This document shows, piece by piece, positions 43,394 to 56,466 of a DNA stretch of 64,000 bases. The first letter of the stretch is position 1. The number at the start of each line of letters is the position of its first letter. A program made the translations under genes and the position numbers. The stretch comes from an uncultured Gammaproteobacteria bacterium. GTDB taxonomy: Bacteria > Pseudomonadota > Gammaproteobacteria > UBA9214. A model generated the notes under the pieces. It ran no database searches. It was not told the DNA's origin and saw only the letters and a list, made by a program, of their open reading frames with translations. The DNA lies in NCBI GenBank assembly GCA_963748215.1, contig CAVVHS010000009.1:352001-416000 (forward strand), given 5' to 3'.

Positions 43394-46300
43394 ATGACCC
43401 AGAACCCTGTTCGCATCCGCGAAATTCCCTATAACTACACCTCGTTCTCTGATCGCGAGATCGTGATCCGCTATCTCGGTGTGGATATGTGGGAGGTGCT
43501 CAACGAATTGCGTAGTTCGCGCAAGACGGGTCGCTCGGCACGCATGCTGTTCGAAGTGCTGGGCGACATGTGGGTCATCGACCGGAATCCCTATATCCAG
43601 GACGATCTCCTCGACAACAGGAAGCGCTGGGGATCCCTGGTGCACGCGCTGCATCACCGGCTGGACCAGATCGTCGCGCGCGCCGAAGACAATGCAAAGG
43701 CGCTCGAACTGGTCGCACGGGCGCGCAATGTGGTCCAGCGTTTCGAGTCCTGGTTTCCGCAGGCACATGAGTTGCGCCGGCGTATCCGCCGCCGCCTGGG
43801 GCGGGTCACCCGCGCCGACAATATCGATTTCGGCGGCCTGGCGCGGGTTTCGCACGCAACCGATGCCACCGACTGGCGTGTCGAAATGCCGTTCGTCGTC
43901 GTGAGTCCGGATACGGAAGACGAGGTCTGTTCGGTAGTTGCTGCCTGCATCGAGCTGGACCTGACCATTATCCCGCGTGGTGGCGGAACCGGTTATACCG
44001 GCAGTGCCGTCCCGCTATCCGGCAACAGTGCAGTGATCAATACCGAAAAGCTCGAGGCCCTGGGCCAGATCGAGCTGCGCCGTTTCGAAGGCGTCGACCA
44101 CGAAGTCGCCACGGTGCGCACCGGCGCCGGGGTGATCACCCGCCGCGTCGCCGAGAGGGCCGAGGCGGCCGGGTACGTGTTTGCGGTCGACCCGACCTCG
44201 CAGGATGCCTCCACCATCGGCGGCAATGTGTCCATGAATGCCGGTGGCAAGAAGGCCGTGCTCTGGGGTACCGCGCTTGACAATCTGGTGTCCTGGCGCA
44301 TGGTAACGCCGCAGGCACAGTGGCTGGAGGTCGAGCGCCTCAACCACAATCTCGGCAAGATCCACGATCAGGCGACAGTAACCTTCCGCATCACCCGCTA
44401 TGAGCGCGACGGACACACGCCCATCGGCGAACCCGAGCTGATGCAGATGCCCGGCGCCTCGCTACGCAAACAGGGACTGGGCAAGGATGTCACCGACAAG
44501 TTCCTCGGCGGCCTGCCCGGGATCCAGAAGGAAGGCTGCGATGGTCTGATTACCTCGGCGGTGTTCGTACTGCATCGCATGCCGGCGTTCACCCGTACCC
44601 TGTGTCTGGAATTCTTCGGCAGCGACCTGCGCCGCGCAGTCCCGGCTATTATCGAAACCAAGGATTACCTGGATGCGCGCGAAGATGTATTGCTGTCCGG
44701 CCTGGAGCATCTCGACGAGCGTTACATCAAGGCGGTGAACTACAGCGCCAAGGCGCCACGGCGCGAGTTGCCGAAAATGCTGTTACTGGTCGATGTGTCG
44801 GGCGACAACGAGGACGCCGTGGCCGATGCCTGTTCCGTTGTCGTGCGCATGGCCAATGCGCGCGGTGCCGAGGGTTTTATCGCCGTCAGCCCCGAGGCGC
44901 GCCGGCGTTTCTGGCTGGACCGTGCCCGTACTGCCGCCATCGCTGCGCATACCAATGCCTTCAAGATCAACGAGGACGTGGTGATTCCGCTGGAGCGCCT
45001 CGCGGAATACGAGGAAGGGATCGAGCGTATCAACATCGAGCATTCGACGCGCAACAAGCTGGCAGTGATTAATACGGTGCTCGACTATCTCGGCGGTGAA
45101 ATGCCCGAGCTCCGCGCCGGTATGGAATTCGAGGACAGTGCGGAGAATCGCGCCATCGTCTCCGCCAAGGTCGAGGCGGCGCGCCGCCATCTGCTCAAGG
45201 TCACGGAATACTGGCGTACTCTGCTGGAGAATCTCGACCAGGCAGCGGCAACACACGAGACGCTGCTGCCGGAGAGTTTGCGCGGACATGTCCAGCCCGG
45301 TGATACCCTGTTGGCCATGCTGCTGCGCCGCGAGTTGCGCATTTCCTACCGGCGCGAGGTGGAGCGCCCCCTGAAGGAGATCTTTGCCGGTCGCGAATGG
45401 GATGGTGTCACGGCGCAGCTGGATACGATCCACGGCCGTATCCGTTCCAGCCGTCTGTTCGTGGCCACGCATATGCATGCCGGCGACGGCAATGTGCATA
45501 CCAACATTCCGGTCAACTCCAACGATTACCAGATGCTGCGTGAAGCGGAACAGATCGTCGATCGCGTGATGGCACTGGCCACCGCGCTGGGCGGCGTCAT
45601 CTCCGGCGAGCACGGTATCGGGATCACCAAGTTCCGCTACCTGGATGCGGCGGTCATCGATGCATTCACTGCCTACAAGCAGAAGGTCGATCCGCAACAT
45701 CGCTTCAATGCCGGCAAGCTGCTGGCCGGTTCCGGCCTGGAGAATGCCTATACACCCTCGTTGCGCCTGGTGCAGCAGGAGGCGTTGCTGCTGGAAGAGA
45801 GCGAGCTGGGCGATCTCAACGACGACATCCGCAACTGCCTGCGCTGCGGTAAATGCAAACCGGTGTGCAACACGCACATACCGCGCGCGAACCTGTTGTA
45901 TTCGCCGCGCAACAAGATACTGGCCACCGGTCTGATCATCGAGGCCTTTCTCTACGAGGAGCAGACCCGTCGCGGTGTTTCCATCCGTCATTTCGACGAG
46001 ATGAACGATGTGGCCGATCATTGCACCATCTGCCACAAGTGTCTCAGTCCCTGCCCGGTCAACATCGACTTCGGTGATGTCTCCATCCGCATGCGCAATA
46101 TCCTGCGCGCACGCGGCCAGAAACGTTCCAGTCCGATGACCTGGGCGGCCATGGCCTTCCTCAACATCACCGATCCGCGCAGTATAAAACTGGTGCGCAA
46201 GGCGATGATCGAGTGGGGTTACAAGGGGCAGCGGCTCGCCTACAGATTCGCCAGGCGTTTGGGAATCGGCACCCGTGGCAGTGTGCCCCGGGCAACCACG

Positions 46301-47245
46301 GGCGCCATGCCCATCAAGGCGCAGGTCATCAATTTCGTGAAGAAGCCGATGCCCGCTGGCCTGCCGACCCGGACCCTACGTGCGTTGCTGGGGGTCGAGG
46401 ACAGCAAGCTGGTGCCGATCCTGCGCGACCCGGCCAGGGTCACCGATGAATCCGATGCGGTGTTCTATTTTCCCGGCTGTGGTTCGGAACGGCTGTTCAG
46501 CCAGATCGGCCTGGCCACGCTGGCCATGCTCTATGATGTCGGTGCCCAGACCGTACTGCCGCCGGGTTATCTGTGTTGCGGCTATCCGCAGACCTCGGGA
46601 GGAGATGCCGAGCGTGGTCGCAGAATGAGCACCGACAACCGGGTCCTGTTCCACCGGGTGGCGAACACGCTGAATTACATGGACATCAAAACCGTGATCG
46701 TCTCCTGCGGGACCTGCATGGATCAGCTCATGGGATATGAGTTCGACAAAATATTCCCCGGTTGCCGGCTGCTCGACATTCACGAGTATCTGATGGAAAA
46801 GGGTGTCAGCAGCGAGGGCGTGGACACTGTGCAGTACCTGTATCACGACCCCTGTCACACGCCCATGAAGACCTACAGTCCCGTTGCTGTGGCGGCAAAA
46901 TTGCTCGGGCAGGACGTAACACTGTCGGACCGGTGTTGCGGCGAGGCCGGTACCCTTGCGGTGTCGCGCCCGGATATCTCGACACAGATCCGCTTCCGTA
47001 AACAGGAAGAACTCCAGCAGGGGATTAACAGCCTGACCGGCGCTGACCGCGCCGTCGCCGGCAATGTGAAAATACTCACCAGTTGCCCGGCCTGCCAGCA
47101 GGGCCTGTCACGCTACGTCAACGATACCGGTCTGGAGTCCGATTACATCGTGGTGGAGCTGGCCAACCGCCTGCTCGGCAAGCAGTGGCAGAACGATTTC
47201 ACTGAGCGTGTGAAGAACGGTGGTATTGAGCGGGTGCTGCTGTAG
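43394..47245 (+). CDS. Large FAD-linked oxidase / Fe-S oxidoreductase (DUF3683 family)
   Basis: [55 protein letters not shown] domains. Confidence 0.93.
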   Translation: MTQNPVRIREIPYNYTSFSDREIVIRYLGVDMWEVLNELRSSRKTGRSARMLFEVLGDMWVIDRNPYIQDDLLDNRKRWGSLVHALHHRLDQIVARAEDNAKALELVARARNVVQRFESWFPQAHELRRRIRRRLGRVTRADNIDFGGLARVSHATDATDWRVEMPFVVVSPDTEDEVCSVVAACIELDLTIIPRGGGTGYTGSAVPLSGNSAVINTEKLEALGQIELRRFEGVDHEVATVRTGAGVITRRVAERAEAAGYVFAVDPTSQDASTIGGNVSMNAGGKKAVLWGTALDNLVSWRMVTPQAQWLEVERLNHNLGKIHDQATVTFRITRYERDGHTPIGEPELMQMPGASLRKQGLGKDVTDKFLGGLPGIQKEGCDGLITSAVFVLHRMPAFTRTLCLEFFGSDLRRAVPAIIETKDYLDAREDVLLSGLEHLDERYIKAVNYSAKAPRRELPKMLLLVDVSGDNEDAVADACSVVVRMANARGAEGFIAVSPEARRRFWLDRARTAAIAAHTNAFKINEDVVIPLERLAEYEEGIERINIEHSTRNKLAVINTVLDYLGGEMPELRAGMEFEDSAENRAIVSAKVEAARRHLLKVTEYWRTLLENLDQAAATHETLLPESLRGHVQPGDTLLAMLLRRELRISYRREVERPLKEIFAGREWDGVTAQLDTIHGRIRSSRLFVATHMHAGDGNVHTNIPVNSNDYQMLREAEQIVDRVMALATALGGVISGEHGIGITKFRYLDAAVIDAFTAYKQKVDPQHRFNAGKLLAGSGLENAYTPSLRLVQQEALLLEESELGDLNDDIRNCLRCGKCKPVCNTHIPRANLLYSPRNKILATGLIIEAFLYEEQTRRGVSIRHFDEMNDVADHCTICHKCLSPCPVNIDFGDVSIRMRNILRARGQKRSSPMTWAAMAFLNITDPRSIKLVRKAMIEWGYKGQRLAYRFARRLGIGTRGSVPRATTGAMPIKAQVINFVKKPMPAGLPTRTLRALLGVEDSKLVPILRDPARVTDESDAVFYFPGCGSERLFSQIGLATLAMLYDVGAQTVLPPGYLCCGYPQTSGGDAERGRRMSTDNRVLFHRVANTLNYMDIKTVIVSCGTCMDQLMGYEFDKIFPGCRLLDIHEYLMEKGVSSEGVDTVQYLYHDPCHTPMKTYSPVAVAAKLLGQDVTLSDRCCGEAGTLAVSRPDISTQIRFRKQEELQQGINSLTGADRAVAGNVKILTSCPACQQGLSRYVNDTGLESDYIVVELANRLLGKQWQNDFTERVKNGGIERVLL

Positions 47246-47402
47246 ACCGCTATCCAGCGGGCAGGCTCTTGGATGTGATGCATGACCACTGTTGCATTGC
47301 GAACGGGTGCAGGGCAGGCACCGCCGCGCCCTGTCCTGAAGACAGCGTACGTGACCTGGTGTTTACCGGTATGGCCACTCAGCCGGTTTTAGATTCAATG
47401 AA

Positions 47403-47518
47403 TAGGGAGCCTCTGATTCATTCACTCATCGTCATCCCGGCGCATGCCGGGATCCAGATTTTTCAATGACCTGGATGCCGTCCTTCGCCGGCATGACAAA
47501 TTAATCATAGATTCCATA
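47403..47518. mobile_element. MITE-like element containing a CGTC-type REP doublet
   Basis: Imperfect inverted ends tagggagcctctgattcatt / aattaatcatagattccata around cgtcatcccggcgcatgccgggatccag...ctggatgccgtccttcgccggcatgac. Confidence 0.7.
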
Positions 47519-47528
47519 GGAGTTCGTC

Positions 47529-48245
47529 ATGACAGATTCGACACGTCTCGCCGTCGTCACCGGTGCCTATCGCGGGCTTGGGCTGGAGACCTGCCGGCAG
47601 CTCGCCGGAAAGGGTATCCGGGTCATTCTGACGGCGCGTTCGGCCGACAAGGCCGAAGCGGCCGCACGAACATTGCAGACGCAGGGACTGGATGTCATCC
47701 CGCAGGCGCTGGATGTCACCGATGCCGATTCCGTGAACGCCCTGGCGCGTTACCTCGAGGAAACGTTCGGGCGTCTGGATATACTGGTGAACAACGCCGG
47801 CATTTTTGTCGATGCCTACCCGCCCGATGCAGGCTCCAGCGTGTTCGATGCCGACTTCGAAAGGATACGGCAATCGATGGAGACCAATGCCTATGGCGCG
47901 TTCCGTGTCGCGAGTGCGCTGATACCCCTGATGAAAGGCCGGGGTGCGGTGGTCAATGTATCGTCGGGCATGGGCCAGCTGTCGGATATGAACGGCTGCT
48001 GCCCGGGGTACCGGCTATCGAAAACGGCGCTGAACGCGGTAACCCGCATTCTCGCCGATGAACTCAAACACACGACCGTCAAGGTCAATTCCGTCTGCCC
48101 CGGTTGGGTGCGGACCCACATGGGCGGTGAGGGTGCTGAACGCAGTGTCGAAGAGGGTGCTGCCGGCATCGTCTGGGCAGCGAGCCTTTCCGACGACGGC
48201 CCCAGCGGCGGCTTCTTCCGCGACGGCAAGGTGATTCCCTGGTAA
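47529..48245 (+). CDS. Short-chain dehydrogenase/reductase (carbonyl reductase-like)
   Basis: TGAYRGLG, NNAG, YRLSK, VCPGWVRT. Confidence 0.93.
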   Translation: MTDSTRLAVVTGAYRGLGLETCRQLAGKGIRVILTARSADKAEAAARTLQTQGLDVIPQALDVTDADSVNALARYLEETFGRLDILVNNAGIFVDAYPPDAGSSVFDADFERIRQSMETNAYGAFRVASALIPLMKGRGAVVNVSSGMGQLSDMNGCCPGYRLSKTALNAVTRILADELKHTTVKVNSVCPGWVRTHMGGEGAERSVEEGAAGIVWAASLSDDGPSGGFFRDGKVIPW

Positions 48246-48319
48246 CGTTGTCAGGTGGCCTGACTGTGGGTGGTGGCGGCGCACGCCGGCGGGTTACGAG
48301 CCATGTGATAGACGCCTGC

Positions 48320-48480
48320 ATTGGTTTGCCCGGCATGTTCCAGCGCATTCGCAGAGCGGTTTGCGCGCTCCATAAAGTACGAATGCCAGGATTGCATGAT
48401 TTTGTTCAGGAAAGCAGCGTTTCGCCGGGCACCCTGAGAATATCTTGCGCATCACCATGCCGAATGCAATCGTCAGGGTG
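48320..48480 (+). mobile_element. rve transposase fragment
   Basis: Translates to SAFAERFARSIKYEC..CMILF...EYLAHHHAECNRQG. Confidence 0.6.
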
Positions 48481-49063
48481 TCTATGGCGAATAGAAAATT
48501 ATGCCGCCGACTTGAATAGCAGAAATTCACTGCGGAAGTTTTGCGGAGCTCGGTTCCGCATCGTCCTGCATCGTGGTGCACCGATTGCAACGGGCGCTAC
48601 GGTAAGTCATTGAAATAAAGAGCGTAAAAACGCGCTTTCTGTCCTTTCAATCCGATGATCGTTGTTCGAGCCGAGGGCGACACAGTCGGCCGAGACAACA
48701 GCGACGCTGACCCCGAAGGGGCGAGGGTGCAGCCCGAGTAATCCAGCACGCCCCACCATTCATACAAAGACTTATCCCCCTGCTGTTAGATCCGCAACCA
48801 CTGATTGCGGGACTTTTGCGGGGATTGGCCGCAAATCTATAATTACGCCTATAGAAAATACAATTAGTTGCGAGTCAGTAACTGATTCGAACTGTCGTTT
48901 TATGGACAAAAAAATCCGATGTTTGACCTCGAATGTCGCTGAGTGGCGAATTCGGACATACGAAACTGATATCGGAACAACTCCACTGCAATGTTCAGCC
49001 TATGGGTTATTACATGTCCTGGCGCTACTATTTTCAGCGGGGAATTGCCGAACGCTCAGGCCT
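48476..49063 (+). repeat. att-like repeat copy 4 (insert has lost one hairpin loop)
   Basis: CTTTCAATCCGATGATCGTTGTTCG[insert]AATCCAGCACGCCCCACCA ending at 48758; left arm like copy 1, right arm like copy 3. Confidence 0.9.
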
Positions 49064-49116
49064 GTCCTTGGCGAATTCCTATTCATGCAACAATTGGCCT
49101 CTGGGGGGTGTTTGTG

Positions 49117-51587
49117 ATGAACAAGACAAAACAAGACAAGGCCGATTCGGTGTCGATAGATCCTGTCTGTGGCATGCAGGTTGGTGCTGACAGCAAACAC
49201 CGGCATATACATAAGGGTACGGAATACCTGTTCTGCAGTGAGTCATGCCACGATAAATTTATTACCACACCTGAAATCTATCTGCGTCCGGAGGCACAGG
49301 GATCGATGGCGGAGGCCGATGTGGCCGGTTCCTGCCCGGATCATACCTGTGAGATCGACGCGTCGCTTTACACCTGCCCGATGCACCCGGAGATACAACA
49401 GACAGGACCGGGTGCCTGTCCCAAGTGCGGGATGGCGCTGGAGCCAATGACGGTACCACTGGCGGCTACGCGGACTGAGTTTACCTGTCCGATGCACCCG
49501 GAAATTGTTCAGGATCATCCTGGCAGTTGCCCGAAGTGCGGCATGGCGCTGGAGCCACGCACCGTACAGGTGGAAGAGGATACCAGTGAACTCGATGACA
49601 TGACGCGGCGCTTTCGGGTGAGCAGCCTGCTCGCCATCCCCGTGTTTCTGCTGGCGATGATTGCAGACCTGGCGCCGTCACTCCTGCCGGACGGCCTGAG
49701 CATGCAGGCCGTGCAATGGACTCAATTTGTGCTAGCCACTCCGGTCGTGATCTGGGGCGGCTGGCCGTTTTTTGTGCGTGGTGTTAAATCTGTTATCACC
49801 TGGAATCTGAATATGTTCACGCTGATTGGCCTGGGCGTCTCCGTCGCCTGGACCTACAGCACGGTTGCATTGCTGTTTCCGAGGATCTTTCCGGCGCTTA
49901 TGCAAATGGAAGGCGGGCGCGTGGATGTCTACTTCGAGGCGGCAGCCGTCATCACCGCACTGGTGCTGCTGGGACAGGTCCTGGAATTACGGGCCCGCAG
50001 TCAGACCAACGCTGCCATCAAGATGTTGCTTGGCCTGGTGCCCAACAGTGCACGCATCGTGCGTGACAACGGTTCCGTGGAAGACATCCCGCTGGAACAG
50101 GTACAACCCGGTAACATACTGCGCGTACGTCCCGGTGAAAAGATACCGGTGGACGGCGTGGCCACTGAAGGTCACACCTCGGTGGATGAGTCGATGGTGA
50201 CCGGTGAATCGATTCCGGTGGAAAAGAGTGCCGGTGACAAGCTGATTGGCGCGACCGTAAACGGCACCGGCAGCCTGCTGATGCGTGCCGAGAAGGTCGG
50301 CGCCGATACCCTTCTGGCGCAGATCGTACGCATGGTCAGCGAGGCACAAAGATCGCGCGCACCGATTCAGAAACTGGTGGATATTGTGGCCGGTTATTTC
50401 GTGCCTGCGGTAGTCATGATCGCCCTCATAACACTGGTGGTGTGGGGCCTCTGGGGCCCGGAGCCGCGTCTGGCACATGCCATCGTGAATGCCGTTGCCG
50501 TGCTGATCATTGCCTGTCCCTGCGCACTCGGACTGGCAACACCCATGTCGATCATGGTCGGCACCGGCAAGGGCGCGACGCTGGGGGTGCTGATTAAGAA
50601 TGCCGAGGCACTGGAGATCATGGAGAAGGTCGACACCGATTGTGATTGACAAGACCGGCACCCTGACAGAGGGGAAACCAACACTGGTCGCGGTACAGCC
50701 AGCCACCGGGTTTACCGAGGATGACGTGCTGCAGCTTGGCGGCCAGCCTGGAACGCGCCAGTGAACATCCGCTCGCCGAGGCCATTGTGCGAGGTGCGGA
50801 AGACCGGAACATGACCCTGAGTCAGACAGATGACTTTGAATCTGTAACCGGCAAGGGTGTGACAGGGAAAGTCAGCGGGCGAATGGTGGCGCTGGGCAAT
50901 ATCAGGCTGCTGGAAAGCCTGTCCATCGACCCGGGTGAACTGCCACGCCTGGCGGAGGCCGGGCGTGCGGAGGGTCAGACCGTTATGTTTGTGGCCATCG
51001 ACGGTCGTGCTGCCGGGCTGATCGGCGTGGCGGACCCCATCAAGGACTCCACGGCCGAGGCCATCCGCGATTTGCACGCAGAAGGTGTCAAGGTAGTCAT
51101 GCTGACCGGCGACAGCCGCACCACGGCCGAGGCGGTTGCACGCAAGCTCAATATCGACCGGGTCGAAGCAGAAGTCCTGCCGGATCAGAAGGCGGAGATC
51201 GTCAGGCAACTGCAGGCCGAGGGACGCATTGTTGCCATGGCCGGCGACGGAATCAACGACGCGCCGGCGCTGGCCCAGGCACACGTCGGCATCGCCATGG
51301 GAACCGGTACCGATGTCGCCATGGAAAGCGCGGGCGTCACCCTGGTCAAGGGCGACCTGCGCGGCATCGTACGGGCGCGGCGCTTGAGTCGCATGGTGAT
51401 GCGCAATATCCGCCAGAACCTGTTCTTCGCCTTTATCTATAACTCACTGGGCGTACCGGTTGCCGCCGGTGTGCTTTACCCGGTGTTCGGCCTGCTGTTG
51501 TCGCCCATCATTGCCGCAGCCGCGATGAGTTTCAGTTCGGTATCCGTGATCGCCAATTCATTGCGCCTGCGCAGGGCACGTATCTGA
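49117..51587 (+). CDS. copA: Copper-translocating P1B-type ATPase with YHS and heavy-metal-binding domains (frameshifts near 50638 and 50738)
   Basis: [14 protein letters not shown]-type motif x2, [25 protein letters not shown]...MSFSS. Confidence 0.9.
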
Positions 51588-51607
51588 CGACGTCCGGGAG
51601 GTGAATC

Positions 51608-51733
51608 ATGCCTGGGACAGACGTCGGATGGGGGTTTGACATGGGGTTAGGCATGTGGGTGTTCTGGATACTGCTGATCGTGATCATCGTGGTCCTGGTC
51701 AAGGTGATCAGCCCTGGTTCCGTATCACGGTAA
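51608..51733 (+). CDS. Small membrane peptide (possibly the N-terminus of a truncated SHOCT-type protein)
   Basis: GGAGG RBS; MPGTDVGWGFDMGLGMWVFWILLIVIIVVLVKVISPGSVSR. Confidence 0.5.
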   Translation: MPGTDVGWGFDMGLGMWVFWILLIVIIVVLVKVISPGSVSR

Positions 51734-51827
51734 TCATCCTCAAAAAACAGCTGATCCCGAAGGTAGGGATTAAGCCACGATGAGCCAGCTTCTGTGTCGG
51801 GGGGTGATTGCCGTGGCAGCACCTGGC

Positions 51828-54800
51828 TCATCGCGGCTCCACCGGGTGATGACTGGGTGTGTGCGGCGACGTGTGCGGCGGCCGGTGCGGCATCTGCTCG
51901 AAATCGTCCGGGTCGGTCCCCAGGCGACGGTCGGTCACCAGCCGGTAGAACAGCGGGATGAAGAAGATCGCCAGGAAGGTTGCCGCCAGCATGCCGCCCG
52001 GCGACACCGGTACCGACAGCGTGGCGCGCCCCGGCGCCGGCACCGGTCGAAATCGCCAGCGGCATGACGCCGAGGATGAACGCCAGCGAGGTCATCAGGA
52101 TCGGTCTGAAGCGCAGCCGCGCCGCCTCCATGGCCGCGGCGCTGGCGGAATAGCCTTCACTCTTTTTGAGCACGGCGTATTCGACAATCAGGATGGCGTT
52201 TTTCGCCGCCAGTCCGAGCAATGTCACCAGACCGATCTGGAAATAGACGTCGTTGTTGAGACCGCGCAGCCAGACGGCGGCCAGCGCACCGAAGGTGCCG
52301 AACGGCAGGGCCAGCTGCACGGCGATCGGCAGCGACCACTTTTCGTACTGCGCGGCAAGGATCAGGAACACCATCAGCACCGCCAGACCCAGGGCGAGGC
52401 CGGAGGTGCCGCTGGAACGTTTTTCCTGGAACGAGGCGGAGCTCCAGTCGTAGCTGAAGTCTTCGGACAGGGTGCGATCGGCGATCGCTCGACGATTGCC
52501 AGTGCCTGGCCGGAACTGATGCCGGGCGCCGAATTGCCAAAGATCTTCACCGCCGGCAGGTTGTTGAAGCGATCCAGCGTTTCCGGACCCGAGGTGTACT
52601 CGACATTGGCGAGTGCCGCGAGCGGTACCATGGGTACCGTCCTGTGCCGGCACGTACAGCGCGCCGATATCCTCCGGCCTGACGCGATAGGCCGGGTCGG
52701 CCGACATCAGCACCTGCCAGGTGCGGCCGAACTTGTTGAAGTCGTTGACATAGAAAGTGCCCAGCGTGGCCGCGACCGTGTTGAACAGCGCGTCGATGTC
52801 GACGCCGAGCAGCTTCGCCCTGTCGCGGTCGACGTCGACATACAGCTGCGGCACCCGCGAGCGCCACAGCGTTAGCGGCTGGACAATGCGCGGGTCCTTG
52901 CGCAGTTCGGCAAGCAGTTGTTCACTGGCGGCGGCGAGGCCTTTGGCCCGCCTTCGCCGCGGTTCTGCACGTACAGCTCGAAGCCGCCGGCGTTGCCGAG
53001 GCCGAAGATCGGCGGCGGACCGAAGGCCAGCACCAGGGCTTCCTGATGCCGGCGGTCTGGCCATGAACAACTCGCCGACCAGTCGCTTGACTGGAGCGCT
53101 GGCGCTCGTCCCAGTGCCGGTGCGGCGACGAAGATGGTCGCCGCGCTGTTGCGGAAGCCGCCGCCGAGAAAATCGAGACCGGTGAACGCCACCACGTGCT
53201 CGGCATCGGGATCGGAACGCATGACAGCGATCACCTCTTGCGTGACCGCCTCGGTGCGGGCGAGGCTGGAACCGTCCGGCAGGAAGACCGCGCCGATGTA
53301 GTAGCCCTGGTCTTCGTCCGGCACCAGCGAGCCCGGTGTGATGTTCCACAGGAACGACCGCCGCGGCGACCATCAACAGGTAGAGTCCGATGGCAAGTAC
53401 TGTCCGCCGCAGCAGGAAATTGACCCCGGCCAGGTAGCCGCCGGTCACATGCGCAAATCCGCGGTTGAAGGCGGCGAAGAAGCGTCCCGGCTGCCGTCCC
53501 TGGTTCCTGAGGATGATCACGGACAGCGCCGGCGTCAGGGTCAGCGCGACGATACCGGAGATCACCACCGCGATCGAGATGGTCACCGCGAATTGCCGGT
53601 ACAGTTCGCCGGTCAGGCCGCCGAGGAAGGCGATCGGCACGAACACCGCGCACAGCACCAGCACGATGGCGATCACCGGCCCGGTGACCTCGTGCATCGC
53701 CTTGATCGCCGCTTCGCGCGCGGCAGCGCTTTTCCTCGTGCATGATGCGCTCGATGTTCTCCAGCACCACGATGGCGTCGTCGACGACGATGCCGATCGA
53801 CAGCACCATGCCGAACAGGGTGAGGGTGTTGATCGAGTAGCCGAGCAGCTGCAGGCCGGCGAAGGTGCCGATCAGCGATACCGGCACGGCGATCACCGGA
53901 ATCAGCGTTGCCCGCCAGTTCTGCAGGAACATGTAACACCACCAGCAACACCAGCAGCATCGCTTCGCCCAGCGTCTTGAGCACTTCGCGGATCGATACC
54001 TCGACAAAGCGGGTGGTGTCGTAGGGAACGCTGTAGGTCAGGCCATCGGGAAAATCGCTCTGCCAGTCCGGCGACCGTCGCCTTGACTTCGTCGCCCACC
54101 GCCAGCGCATTGGCACCCGGCTGCAGGAAGATGCCGACCAGGGTCGCCGGCTTGCCGTTGATAGCGGCCGATGAAGTCGTAGTCCTTCGAGCCGAGCTCG
54201 ACGCGCGCGACATCCTTCAGGCGCAGCAGCGAGTGCCGTCCGGCTCGGCGCGCACGATGATGTCGCTCGAATTCTTCCGGGGTCGGACAGGCGGCCCTGG
54301 CGTGTGATGGTGTAGACCAGCTCCTGTCCCTCGCCGATCGGCGGCTGGCCGATCTTGCCGGCGGCGAACTGCGCGTTCTGCTCGTTGATGGCGCTCGCTG
54401 ACTTCGGTGGCAGTGACGCCGAGTTGCGCCATGCGGTCCGGCTTCAGCCAGATGCGCATGGCGTAGTCCTTGGCGCCGAAGATCTGCACGTTGGTGGTGC
54501 CGGGGATGCGCTTCAGGCGATCCAGCACGTTCAGGGTGACGTAGTTGCTGGTGTAGATGTCGTCGAAGCGGCCGTCCGGCGAGAGGAAGGCGAGCACCTG
54601 CAGGAAGGCCGACGAACCCTTCTCGACGGTCACGCCCTGGCGGCGCACTTCTTCCGGCAGGCGTGGCTCGGCCTGCTTGACGCGGTTGTTGACGTTGAGC
54701 GCGGCCTGGTCGACGTCGGCGCCGATTTCGAAGGTGACCTGAATCTCCAGCACGCCGTTGGACGCCGAGGTCGAGCTCATGTACATGCAGGTCCTCGACG

Positions 54801-55019
54801 CCGTTGATCGGCATTTTCCAGCGGTGCGGCGACCGTTTGCTCGAGGATCTGCGCCGAAGCGCCGGGGTAGATCGCCCGCACCGTGACCACCGGCGGTGCG
54901 ATTTCCGGGTACTGCGCGATCGGCAGGATGCGCATCGACAGCACGCCGGCCAGTACGAGGAAGATCGACATCACCGCCGCGAAGATCGGACGGTCGATAA
55001 AGAAGCGCGACAGCACCAT
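51828..55019 (-). CDS. HAE1 RND efflux permease (AcrB/MexB-like), many frameshifts
   Basis: [50 protein letters not shown] in successive frames. Confidence 0.88.
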
Positions 55020-56263
55020 CAGGGCGCCTCGTTGTCGATGGTCTGCGTCGTGGCGTCCTGTGCGGGGGGGGTGGTCCCGGCCGGTTGCGGCATGATCGGC
55101 ATCCCGGGGAAGAATATGCGCGCCGTGCCGTCAGTTACCACCTGGTCGCCCCGGGTGAGACCCGAGCGGATCACCCAGAGTCGTTCGACGCCTTTGGTGC
55201 CGGATTTTTCCACCCACTGGCCGACCTCGACCGGCTTTGGCTGCGCGACTGTCATGCCATTCTCACCCTGGCCGGCGACGTAAACGAACTTGCCGCTGGC
55301 GTCCTCCTGTACTGCCCGCTGCGGTACCGCCAGGGCGCCGGGAAGGATTGCGCCTTCGATCCGGACCCGCACGAACTGGCCGGGACTGAGCTTCGCGTCA
55401 GGGTTTGGCAGTGTTGCCCGAACCGAGAAGGCGCCGGTTTGCGGATCGGTGCGGTAATCATTGAAATCGACCTGTCCGGCCAACGGGTAGGGCGTGCCGT
55501 CGGCGAGCCGCACCTCGACCCGGGTCTGATCGGGCGGGGACATGACCAGGCTGCCATCGGCCAGTTGTCGGTCGATGGTCAATCGATCGTTTTCGGCGAT
55601 GGAGAAATTGACATACAACGGATCGATCTGCGCGAGCCGGGCCAGCGCCCCGGATGTCGGTGACACCAGCGCACCCTCGACCTGCAAGGCGCGTCCGATG
55701 TGGCCGGAGATCGGCGCAGTGACGTTGGTGTAGCCGAGTTCGAGCGTTGCCTGTGTCAGTTCCGCATCGGCGACGGCGACGGCGGCGCGGTTGAGATCGC
55801 GGTTCGATACGGCATCATCCAGTTCGCGCTGGCTGACGGTCTGTTTGTTGGCGAGTGGTGCGAGACGTTTTACATCGCGTTCGGCCTGAACCAGGCGTGT
55901 CCGGGCCTCCGCCAGCGCCGCTTCCGCCGCCTGCTTGCGCGCGGCGAACGGCGCGGCGTCGATGCGGAACAGGGACTGGCCGGCATCGACGCGGCCGCCT
56001 TCCTCGAACAGCCGTTGCTCGATCAGTCCGGTGATCTGCGGTCGGATCTCGATTTCGCGCGAAGCTTCCAGTCGGCCGACATACTCGAATTGTACAGGCA
56101 GGTCCTGTGGTTGCAGTTCGAGCACGGTGACCTGTTGCGGGGGTGACGCACCGCCGCCTTCCGAGGGTTGTGATTCACTCTTGCCGCAACCGGCCAGTTG
56201 CAGTGCGAGAAGGGCGCTCGCCAGGGTTGCCATAACGGCGAAGCTGCGCAGAACTGTCATCAT
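55019..56263 (-). CDS. RND efflux periplasmic adaptor (lipoprotein)
   Basis: LAGC lipobox, [23 protein letters not shown]. Confidence 0.92.
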   Translation of the reverse strand: MMTVLRSFAVMATLASALLALQLAGCGKSESQPSEGGGASPPQQVTVLELQPQDLPVQFEYVGRLEASREIEIRPQITGLIEQRLFEEGGRVDAGQSLFRIDAAPFAARKQAAEAALAEARTRLVQAERDVKRLAPLANKQTVSQRELDDAVSNRDLNRAAVAVADAELTQATLELGYTNVTAPISGHIGRALQVEGALVSPTSGALARLAQIDPLYVNFSIAENDRLTIDRQLADGSLVMSPPDQTRVEVRLADGTPYPLAGQVDFNDYRTDPQTGAFSVRATLPNPDAKLSPGQFVRVRIEGAILPGALAVPQRAVQEDASGKFVYVAGQGENGMTVAQPKPVEVGQWVEKSGTKGVERLWVIRSGLTRGDQVVTDGTARIFFPGMPIMPQPAGTTPPAQDATTQTIDNEAP

Positions 56264-56466
56264 GCCGGAGTCTCCTCGACGGGATTCATCCGGCTCAGTT
56301 CCCGGATGCGGTCGTTGCGGTCCACTTGTGTCGCCGCAGGGACGCTGTGAGTTCTGCGCTGCCAAAAACATGGATATCCATCCCGGGTAACCGCTTGAGC
56401 CTGTTGGCCTCTTCAGGAAGATTGTACTGTACCATCCGGAAATTCTTCCATGGCACGAAGTGCAGG

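Noticed and set aside
12249-55019. Programmed frameshifting or true pseudogenes in aprM, aprA, copA and RND (also mnhG, mnhD)
   Set aside because: The breaks are mostly isolated single-base insertions in otherwise well-conserved genes, with no slippery sites. Sequencing error is the simplest explanation; needs read polishing.
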